From: Auanema rhodensis
Lineage: Eukaryota; Animalia; Nematoda
Direction: 5' to 3'
Length of the DNA stretch: 64,000 bases
Assembly (NCBI GenBank): GCA_964057225.1
Contig: OZ059898.1
Location: 1,364,001-1,428,000 of the forward strand
In this document: one piece after another, positions 1 to 11,400 of the stretch
Layout of the letters: each line of letters starts with the position of its first letter
Position numbering within the stretch: position 1 is the stretch's first letter
The notes under the pieces: generated by a model
Seen by the model: the letters and a program-made list of their open reading frames with translations, nothing else
Told to the model about the DNA's origin: nothing
The model's database searches: none
Position numbers and translations under genes: made by a program

Positions 1-658
1 GGAATCTAAAAACATCTACTTTTTGCTAAATTATTTTGAAATTTTTCGAAAAAATTTTTGTCAAAATGTTTTTGGAAGCAATGTTGAGTGTACATAGAAA
101 CTCAACATACACTAATGCATCATTTTTCAAACGATCATAACTAATTTTTGTATTAAGCGTTTCTCAATGTAGTATAGTGCATTCGATGCGGATTTTTAAG
201 CTGCGTCGTTCTGTGTTATCAGATTTGCGCTAGCTTAAAAATGCACCGAGATATCAACTGATATAAGTTCACACTTATATCCTCGATTTTCACCCTGAAG
301 AATTAATTTTTTCGTTGAATAACATTGTCCATCGTCTTTGCCTTGAAAAAAGGAATCTAAAAACATCTACTTTTTGCTAAATTATTTTGAAATTTTTCGA
401 AAAAATTTTTGTCAAAATGTTTTTGGAAGCAATGTTGAGTGTACATGGAAACTCAACATACACTAATGCATCATTTTTCAAACGATCATAACTAATTTTT
501 GTATTAAGCGTTTCTCAATGTAGTATAGTGCATTCGATGCGGATTTTTAAGCTGCGTCGATCTGTGTTATCAGATTTGCGCTAGCTTAAAAATGCACCGA
601 GATATAAACTGATATAAGTTCACACTTATATCCTCGATTTTCACCCTGAAGAATTAAT
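1..658 (+). repeat. 351-bp tandem satellite, forward orientation (runs off the window start)
   Basis: GGAATCTAAAAACATC recurs at 1 and 352. Forward orientation stops after ...ACCCTGAAGAATTAAT at 658. Confidence 0.97.
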
Positions 659-3600
659 GACAATGTTATTCGACGAAAAAATTAATTCTTCAGGGTGAAA
701 ATCGAGGATATAAGTGTGAACTTACATCAGTTGATATCTCGGTGCATTTTTAAGCTAGCGCAAATCAAAAATTAGTTATGATCGTTTGAAAAATGATGCA
801 TTAGTGTATGTTGAGTTTCCATGTACACTCAACATTGCTTCCAAAAACATTTTGACAAAAATTTTTTCGAAAAATTTCAAAATAATTTAGCAAAAAGTAG
901 ATGTTTTAAGATTCCTTTTTTCAAGGCAAAGACGATGGACAATGTTATTCAACGAAAAAATTAATTCTTCAGGGTGAAAATCGAAGATATAAGTGTGAAC
1001 TTATATCAGTTGATATCTCGGTGCATTTTTAAGCTAGCGCAAATCTGATAACACAGAACGACGCAGCTTAAAAATCCGCATCGAATGCACTATACTACAT
1101 TGAGAAACGCTTAATACAAAAATTAGTTATGATCGTTTGAAAAATGATGCATTAGTGTATGTTGAGTTTCCATGTACACTCAACATTGCTTCCAAAAACA
1201 TTTTGACAAAAATTTTTTCGAAAAATTTCAAAATAATTTAGCAAAAAGTAGATGTTTTTAGATTCCTTTTTTCAAGGCAAAGACGATGGACAATGTTATT
1301 CAACGAAAAAATTAATTCTTCAGGGTGAAAATCGAGGATATAAGTGTGAACTTATATCAGTTTATATCTCGGTGCATTTTTAAGCTAGCGCAAATCTGAT
1401 AACACAGATCGACGCAGCTTAAAAATCCGCATCGAATGCACTATACTACATTGAGAAACGCTTAATACAAAAATTAGTTATGATCGTTTGAAAAATGATG
1501 CATTAGTGTATGTTGAGTTTCCATGTACACTCAACATTGCGAAAAAATTAATTCTTCAGGGTGAAAATCGAGGATATAAGTGTGAACTTATATCAGTTGA
1601 TATCTCGGTGCATTTTTAAGCTAGCGCAAATCTGATAACACAGAACGACGCAGCTTAAAAATCCGCATCGAATGCACTATACTACATTGAGAAACGCTTA
1701 ATACAAAAATTAGTTATGATCGTTTGAAAAATGATGCATTAGTGTATGTTGAGTTTCCATGTACACTCAACATTGCTTCCAAAAACATTTTGACAAAAAT
1801 TTTTTCGAAAAATTTCAAAATAATTTAGCAAAAAGTAGATGTTTTTAGATTCCTTTTTTCAAGGCAAAGACGATGGACAATGTTATTCAACGAAAAAATT
1901 AATTCTTCAGAGTGAAAATCGAAGATATAAGTGTGAACTTATATCAGTTGATATCTCGGTGCATTTTTAAGCTAGCGCAAATCTGATAACACAGAACGAC
2001 GCAGCTTAAAAATCCGCATCGAATGCATTATACTACATTGAGAAACGCTTAATACAAAAATTAGTTATGATCGTTTGAAAAATGATGCATTAGTGTATGT
2101 TGAGTTTCCATGTACACTCAACATTGCTTCCAAAAACATTTTGACAAAAATTTTTTCGAAAAATTTCAAAATAATTTAGCAAAAAGTAGATGTTTTTAGA
2201 TTCCTTTTTTCGAGGCAAAGACGATGGACAATGTTATTCAACGAAAAAATTAATTCTTCAGGGTGAAAATCGAGGATATAAGTGTGAACTTATATCAGTT
2301 TATATCTCGGTGCATTTTTAAGCTAGCGCAAATCTGATAACACAGATCGACGCAGCTTAAAAATCCGCATCGAATGCACTATACTACATTGAGAAACGCT
2401 TGATACAAAAATTAGTTATGATCGTTTGAAAAATGATGCATTAGTGTATGTTGAGTTTCCATGTACACTCAACATTGCGAAAAAATTAATTCTTCAGGGT
2501 GAAAATCGAGGATATAAGTGTGAACTTATATCAGTTGATATCTCGGTGCATTTTTAAGCTAGCGCAAATATGATAACACAGATCGACGCAGCTTAAAAAT
2601 CCGCATCGAATGCACTATACTACATTGAAAAACGCTTAATACAAAAATTAGTTATGATCGTTTGAAAAATGATGCATTAGTGTATGTTGAGTTTCCATGT
2701 ACACTCAACATTGCTTCCAAAAACATTTTGACAAAAATTTTTTCGAAAAATTTCAAAATAATTTAGCAAAAAGTAGATGTTTTTAGATTCCTTTTTTCAA
2801 GGCAAAGACGATGGACAATGTTATTCAACGAAAAAATTAATTCTTCAGGGTGAAAATCGAGGATATAAGTGTGAACTTATATCAGTTGATATCTCGGTGC
2901 ATTTTTAAGCTAGCGCAAATCTGATAACACAGATCGACGCAGCTTAAAAATCCGCATCGAATGCACTATACTACATTGAAAAACGTTTAATACAAAAATT
3001 AGTTATGATCGTTTGAAAAATGATGCATTAGTGTATGTTGAGTTTCCATGTACACTCAACATTGCTTCCAAAAACATTTTGACAAAAATTTTTTCGAAAA
3101 ATTTCAAAATAATTTAGCAAAAAGTAGATGTTTTTAGATTCCTTTTTTCAAGGCAAAGACGATGGACAATGTTATTCAACGAAAAAATTAATTCTTCAGG
3201 GTGAAAATCGAGGATATAAGTGTGAACTTATATCAGTTGATATCTCGGTGCATTTTTAAGCTAGCGCAAATCTGATAACACAGATCGACGCAGCTTAAAA
3301 ATCCGCATCGAATGCACTATACTACATTGAAAAACGTTTAATACAAAAATTAGTTATGATCGTTTGAAAAATGATGCATTAGTGTATGTTGAGTTTCCAT
3401 GTACACTCAACATTGCTTCCAAAAACATTTTGACAAAAATTTTTTCGAAAAATTTCAAAATAATTTAGCAAAAAGTAGATGTTTTTAGATTCCTTTTTTC
3501 AAGGCAAAGACGATGGACAATGTTATTCAACAAAAAAATTAATTCTTCAGGGTGAAAATCGAGGATATAAGTGTGAACTTATATCAGTTGATATCTCGGT

Positions 3601-4003
3601 GCATTTTTAAGCTAGCGCAAATCTGATAACACAGATCGACGCAGCTTAAAAATCCGCATCGAATGCACTATACTACATTGAAAAACGTTTAATACAAAAA
3701 TTAGTTAAGATCGTTTGAAAAATGATGCATTAGTGTATGTTGAGTTTCCATGTACACTCAACATTGCTTCCAAAAACATTTTGACAAAAATTTTTTCGAA
3801 AAATTTCAAAATAATTTAGCAAAAAGTAGATGTTTTTAGATTCCTTTTTTCAAGGCAAAGACGATGGACAATGTTAATCAACGAAAAAATTAATTCTTCA
3901 GGGTGAAAATCGAGGATATAAGTGTGAACTTATATCAGTTGATATCTCGGTGCATTTTTAAGCTAGCGCAAATTTGATAACACAGATCGACGCAGCTTAA
4001 AAA
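659..4003 (-). repeat. Inverted block 1 of the 351-bp satellite (3345 bp, includes deleted monomers)
   Basis: Reverse complement of the monomer. CAG(G/A)GTG anchors at 691, 970, 1321, 1557, 1908, 2259, 2495, 2846, 3197, 3548 and 3899 give unit lengths 279, 351, 236, 351, 351, 236, 351, 351, 351, 351. Confidence 0.95.
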
Positions 4004-5423
4004 ACCCTGAAGAATTAATTTTTTCGTTGAATAACATTGTCCATCGTCTTTGCCTTGAAAAAAGGAATCTAAAAACATCTACTTTTTGCTAAATTATTTT
4101 GAAATTTTTCGAAAAAATTTTTGTCAAAATGTTTTTGGAAGCAATGTTGAGTGTACATGGAAACTCAACATACACTAATGCATCATTTTTCAAACGATCA
4201 TAACTAATTTTTGTATTAAGCTTTTCTCAATGTAGTATAGTGCATTCGATGCGGATTTTTAAGCTGCGTCGATCTGTGTTATCAGATTTGCGCTAGCTTA
4301 AAAATGCACCGAGATATCAACTGATATAAGTTCACACTTATATCCTCGATTTTCACCCTGAAGAATTAATTTTTTCGTTGAATAACATTGTCCATCATCT
4401 TTGCTTTGAAAAAAGGAATCTAAAAACATCTACTTTTTGCTAAATTATTTTGAAATTTTTCGAAAAAATTTTTGTCAAAATGTTTTTGGAAGCAATGTTG
4501 AGTGTACATGGAAACTCAACATACACTAATGCATCATTTTTCAAACGATCATAACTAATTTTTGTATTAAGCGTTTTTCAATGTAGTATAGTGCATTCGA
4601 TGCGGATTTTTAAGCTGCGTCGATCTGTGTTATCAGATTTGCGCTAGCTTAAAAATGCACCGAGATATCAACTGATATAAGTTCACACTTATATCCTCGA
4701 TTTTCACCCTGAAGAATTAATTTTTTCGTTGAATAACATTGTCCATCGTCTTTGCCTTGAAAGAAGGAATCTAAAAACATCTACTTTTTGCTAAATTATT
4801 TTGAAATTTTTCGAAAAAATTTTTGTCAAAATGTTTTTGGAAGCAATGTTGAGTGTACATGGAAACTCAACATACACTAATGCATCATTTTTCAAACGAT
4901 CATAACTAATTTTTGTATTAAGCGTTTTTCAATGTAGTATAGTGCATTCGATGCGGATTTTTAAGCTGCGTCGATCTGTGTTATCAGATTTGCGCTAGCT
5001 TAAAAATGCACCGAGATATCAACTGATATAAGTTCACACTTATATCCTCGATTTTCACCCTGAAGAATTAATTTTTTCGTTGAATAACATTGTCCATCGT
5101 CTTTGCCTTGAAAGAAGGAATCTAAAAACATCTACTTTTTGCTAAATTATTTTGAAATTTTTCGAAAAAATTTTTGTCAAAATGTTTTTGGAAGCAATGT
5201 TGAGTGTACATGGAAACTCAACATACACTAATGCATCATTTTTCAAACGATCATAACTAATTTTTGTATTAAGCGTTTCTCAATGTAGTATAGTGCATTC
5301 GATGCGGATTTTTAAGCTGCGTCGATCTGTGTTATCAGATTTGCGCTAGCTTAAAAATGCACCGAGATATAAACTGATATAAGTTCACACTTATATCCTC
5401 GATTTTCACCCTGAAGAATTAAT
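4004..5423 (+). repeat. 351-bp satellite, forward orientation (~4 monomers between the inverted blocks)
   Basis: Starts with ACCCTGAAGAATTAAT at 4004 and ends with the same 16-mer at 5408-5423. Confidence 0.95.
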
Positions 5424-8417
5424 GACAATGTTATTCGACGAAAAAATTAATTCTTCAGGGTGAAAATCGAGGATATAAGTGTGAACTTACATCAGTTGAT
5501 ATCTCGGTGCATTTTTAAGCTAGCGCAAATCAAAAATTAGTTATGATCGTTTGAAAAATGATGCATTAGTGTATGTTGAGTTTCCATGTACACTCAACAT
5601 TGCTTCCAAAAACATTTTGACAAAAATTTTTTCGAAAAATTTCAAAATAATTTAGCAAAAAGTAGATGTTTTAAGATTCCTTTTTTCAAGGCAAAGACGA
5701 TGGACAATGTTATTCAACGAAAAAATTAATTCTTCAGGGTGAAAATCGAAGATATAAGTGTGAACTTATATCAGTTGATATCTCGGTGCATTTTTAAGCT
5801 AGCGCAAATCTGATAACACAGAACGACGCAGCTTAAAAATCCGCATCGAATGCACTATACTACATTGAGAAACGCTTAATACAAAAATTAGTTATGATCG
5901 TTTGAAAAATGATGCATTAGTGTATGTTGAGTTTCCATGTACACTCAACATTGCTTCCAAAAACATTTTGACAAAAATTTTTTCGAAAAATTTCAAAATA
6001 ATTTAGCAAAAAGTAGATGTTTTTAGATTCCTTTTTTCAAGGCAAAGACGATGGACAATGTTATTCAACGAAAAAATTAATTCTTCAGGGTGAAAATCGA
6101 GGATATAAGTGTGAACTTATATCAGTTTATATCTCGGTGCATTTTTAAGCTAGCGCAAATCTGATAACACAGATCGACGCAGCTTAAAAATCCGCATCGA
6201 ATGCACTATACTACATTGAGAAACGCTTAATACAAAAATTAGTTATGATCGTTTGAAAAATGATGCATTAGTGTATGTTGAGTTTCCATGTACACTCAAC
6301 ATTGCGAAAAAATTAATTCTTCAGGGTGAAAATCGAGGATATAAGTGTGAACTTATATCAGTTGATATCTCGGTGCATTTTTAAGCTAGCGCAAATCTGA
6401 TAACACAGAACGACGCAGCTTAAAAATCCGCATCGAATGCACTATACTACATTGAGAAACGCTTAATACAAAAATTAGTTATGATCGTTTGAAAAATGAT
6501 GCATTAGTGTATGTTGAGTTTCCATGTACACTCAACATTGCTTCCAAAAACATTTTGACAAAAATTTTTTCGAAAAATTTCAAAATAATTTAGCAAAAAG
6601 TAGATGTTTTTAGATTCCTTTTTTCAAGGCAAAGACGATGGACAATGTTATTCAACGAAAAAATTAATTCTTCAGAGTGAAAATCGAAGATATAAGTGTG
6701 AACTTATATCAGTTGATATCTCGGTGCATTTTTAAGCTAGCGCAAATCTGATAACACAGAACGACGCAGCTTAAAAATCCGCATCGAATGCATTATACTA
6801 CATTGAGAAACGCTTAATACAAAAATTAGTTATGATCGTTTGAAAAATGATGCATTAGTGTATGTTGAGTTTCCATGTACACTCAACATTGCTTCCAAAA
6901 ACATTTTGACAAAAATTTTTTCGAAAAATTTCAAAATAATTTAGCAAAAAGTAGATGTTTTTAGATTCCTTTTTTCGAGGCAAAGACGATGGACAATGTT
7001 ATTCAACGAAAAAATTAATTCTTCAGGGTGAAAATCGAGGATATAAGTGTGAACTTATATCAGTTTATATCTCGGTGCATTTTTAAGCTAGCGCAAATCT
7101 GATAACACAGATCGACGCAGCTTAAAAATCCGCATCGAATGCACTATACTACATTGAGAAACGCTTGATACAAAAATTAGTTATGATCGTTTGAAAAATG
7201 ATGCATTAGTGTATGTTGAGTTTCCATGTACACTCAACATTGCGAAAAAATTAATTCTTCAGGGTGAAAATCGAGGATATAAGTGTGAACTTATATCAGT
7301 TGATATCTCGGTGCATTTTTAAGCTAGCGCAAATATGATAACACAGATCGACGCAGCTTAAAAATCCGCATCGAATGCACTATACTACATTGAAAAACGC
7401 TTAATACAAAAATTAGTTATGATCGTTTGAAAAATGATGCATTAGTGTATGTTGAGTTTCCATGTACACTCAACATTGCTTCCAAAAACATTTTGACAAA
7501 AATTTTTTCGAAAAATTTCAAAATAATTTAGCAAAAAGTAGATGTTTTTAGATTCCTTTTTTCAAGGCAAAGACGATGGACAATGTTATTCAACGAAAAA
7601 ATTAATTCTTCAGGGTGAAAATCGAGGATATAAGTGTGAACTTATATCAGTTGATATCTCGGTGCATTTTTAAGCTAGCGCAAATCTGATAACACAGATC
7701 GACGCAGCTTAAAAATCCGCATCGAATGCACTATACTACATTGAAAAACGTTTAATACAAAAATTAGTTATGATCGTTTGAAAAATGATGCATTAGTGTA
7801 TGTTGAGTTTCCATGTACACTCAACATTGCTTCCAAAAACATTTTGACAAAAATTTTTTCGAAAAATTTCAAAATAATTTAGCAAAAAGTAGATGTTTTT
7901 AGATTCCTTTTTTCAAGGCAAAGACGATGGACAATGTTATTCAACAAAAAAATTAATTCTTCAGGGTGAAAATCGAGGATATAAGTGTGAACTTATATCA
8001 GTTGATATCTCGGTGCATTTTTAAGCTAGCGCAAATCTGATAACACAGATCGACGCAGCTTAAAAATCCGCATCGAATGCACTATACTACATTGAAAAAC
8101 GTTTAATACAAAAATTAGTTAAGATCGTTTGAAAAATGATGCATTAGTGTATGTTGAGTTTCCATGTACACTCAACATTGCTTCCAAAAACATTTTGACA
8201 AAAATTTTTTCGAAAAATTTCAAAATAATTTAGCAAAAAGTAGATGTTTTTAGATTCCTTTTTTCAAGGCAAAGACGATGGACAATGTTAATCAACGAAA
8301 AAATTAATTCTTCAGGGTGAAAATCGAGGATATAAGTGTGAACTTATATCAGTTGATATCTCGGTGCATTTTTAAGCTAGCGCAAATTTGATAACACAGA
8401 TCGACGCAGCTTAAAAA
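5424..8417 (-). repeat. Inverted block 2 of the 351-bp satellite (2994 bp; copy of block 1 minus one monomer)
   Basis: Same junctions (GAATTAAT|GACAATGTTATTCGACG and GCAGCTTAAAAA|ACCCTGA), same 72- and 115-bp deletions and same private SNPs as block 1. It is exactly 351 bp shorter. Confidence 0.95.
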
Positions 8418-11400
8418 ACCCTGAAGAATTAATTTTTTCGTTGAATAACATTGTCCATCGTCTTTGCCTTGAAAAAAGGAATCTAAAAACATCTACTTTT
8501 TGCTAAATTATTTTGAAATTTTTCGAAAAAATTTTTGTCAAAATGTTTTTGGAAGCAATGTTGAGTGTACATGGAAACTCAACATACACTAATGCATCAT
8601 TTTTCAAACGATCATAACTAATTTTTGTATTAAGCTTTTCTCAATGTAGTATAGTGCATTCGATGCGGATTTTTAAGCTGCGTCGATCTGTGTTATCAGA
8701 TTTGCGCTAGCTTAAAAATGCACCGAGATATCAACTGATATAAGTTCACACTTATATCCTCGATTTTCACCCTGAAGAATTAATTTTTTCGTTGAATAAC
8801 ATTGTCCATCATCTTTGCTTTGAAAAAAGGAATCTAAAAACATCTACTTTTTGCTAAATTATTTTGAAATTTTTCGAAAAAATTTTTGTCAAAATGTTTT
8901 TGGAAGCAATGTTGAGTGTACATGGAAACTCAACATACACTAATGCATCATTTTTCAAACGATCATAACTAATTTTTGTATTAAGCGTTTTTCAATGTAG
9001 TATAGTGCATTCGATGCGGATTTTTAAGCTGCGTCGATCTGTGTTATCAGATTTGCGCTAGCTTAAAAATGCACCGAGATATCAACTGATATAAGTTCAC
9101 ACTTATATCCTCGATTTTCACCCTGAAGAATTAATTTTTTCGTTGAATAACATTGTCCATCGTCTTTGCCTTGAAAGAAGGAATCTAAAAACATCTACTT
9201 TTTGCTAAATTATTTTGAAATTTTTCGAAAAAATTTTTGTCAAAATGTTTTTGGAAGCAATGTTGAGTGTACATGGAAACTCAACATACACTAATGCATC
9301 ATTTTTCAAACGATCATAACTAATTTTTGTATTAAGCGTTTTTCAATGTAGTATAGTGCATTCGATGCGGATTTTTAAGCTGCGTCGATCTGTGTTATCA
9401 GATTTGCGCTAGCTTAAAAATGCACCGAGATATCAACTGATATAAGTTCACACTTATATCCTCGATTTTCACCCTGAAGAATTAATTTTTTCGTTGAATA
9501 ACATTGTCCATCGTCTTTGCCTTGAAAGAAGGAATCTAAAAACATCTACTTTTTGCTAAATTATTTTGAAATTTTTCGAAAAAATTTTTGTCAAAATGTT
9601 TTTGGAAGCAATGTTGAGTGTACATGGAAACTCAACATACACTAATGCATCATTTTTCAAACGATCATAACTAATTTTTGTATTAAGCGTTTCTCAATGT
9701 AGTATAGTGCATTCGATGCGGATTTTTAAGCTGCGTCGATCTGTGTTATCAGATTTGCGCTAGCTTAAAAATGCACCGAGATATCAACTGATATAAGTTC
9801 ACACTTATATCCTCGATTTTCACCCTGAAGAATTAATTTTTTCGTTGAATAACATTGTCCATCGTCTTTGCTTTGAAAAAAGGAATCTAAAAACATCTAC
9901 TTTTTGCTAAATTATTTTGAAATTTTTCGAAAAAATTTTTGTCAAAATGTTTTTGGAAGCAATGTTGAGTGTACATGGAAACTCAACATACACTAATGCA
10001 TCATTTTTCAAACGATCATAACTAATTTTTGTATTAAGCGTTTCTCAATGTAGTATAGTGCATTCGATGCGGATTTTTAAGCTGCGTCGATCTGTGTTAT
10101 CAGATTTGCGCTAGCTTAAAAATGCACCGAGATATCAACTGATATAAGTTCACACTTATATCCTCGATTTTCACCCTGAAGAATTAATTTTTCCGTTGAA
10201 TAACATTGTCCATCGTCTTTGCCTTGAAAAAAGGAATCTAAAAACATCTACTTTTTGCTAAATTATTTTGAAATTTTTCGAAAAAATTTTTGTCAAAATG
10301 TTTTTGGAAGCAATGTTGAGTGTACATGGAAACTCAACATACACTAATGCATCATTTTTCAAACAATCATAACTAATTTTTGTATTAAGCGTTTCTCAAT
10401 GTAGTATAGTGCATTCGATGCGGATTTTTAAGCTGCGTCGATCTGTGTTATCAGATTTGCGCTAGCTTAAAAATGCACCGAGATATCAACTGATATAAGT
10501 TCACACTTATATCCTCGATTTTCACCCTGAAGAATTAATTTTTTCGTTGAATAACATTGTCCATCGTCTTTGCCTTGAAAAAAGGAATCTAAAAACATCT
10601 ACTTTTTGCTAAATTATTTTGAAATTTTTCGAAAAAATTTTTGTCGAAATGTTTTTGGAAGCAATGTTGAGTGTACATGGAAACTCAACATACACTAATG
10701 CATCATTTTTCAAACGATCATAACTAATTTTTGTATTAAGCGTTTTTCAATGTAGTATAGTGCATTCGATGCGGATTTTTAAGCTGCGTCGATCTGTGTT
10801 ATCAGATTTGCGCTAGCTTAAAAATGCACCGAGATATCAACTGGTATAAGTTCACACTTATATCCTCGATTTTCACCCTGAAGAATTAATTTTTTCGTTG
10901 AATAACATTGTCCATCGTCTTTGCCTTGAAAAAAGGAATCTAAAAACATCTACTTTTTGCTAAATTATTTTGAAATTTTTCGAAAAAATTTTTGTCAAAA
11001 TGTTTTTGGAAGCAATGTTGAGTGTACATGGAAACTCAACATACACTAATGCATCATTTTTCAAACGATCATAACTAATTTTTGTATTAAGCTTTTCTCA
11101 ATGTAGTATAGTGCATTCGATGCGGATTTTTAAGCTGCGTCGATCTGTGTTATCAGATTTGCGCTAGCTTAAAAATGCACCGAGATATCAACTGATATAA
11201 GTTCACACTTATATCCTCGATTTTCACCCTGAAGAATTAATTTTTTCGTTGAATAACATTGTCCATCATCTTTGCTTTGAAAAAAGGAATCTAAAAACAT
11301 CTACTTTTTGCTAAATTATTTTGAAATTTTTCGAAAAAATTTTTGTCAAAATGTTTTTGGAAGCAATGTTGAGTGTACATGGAAACTCAACATACACTAA

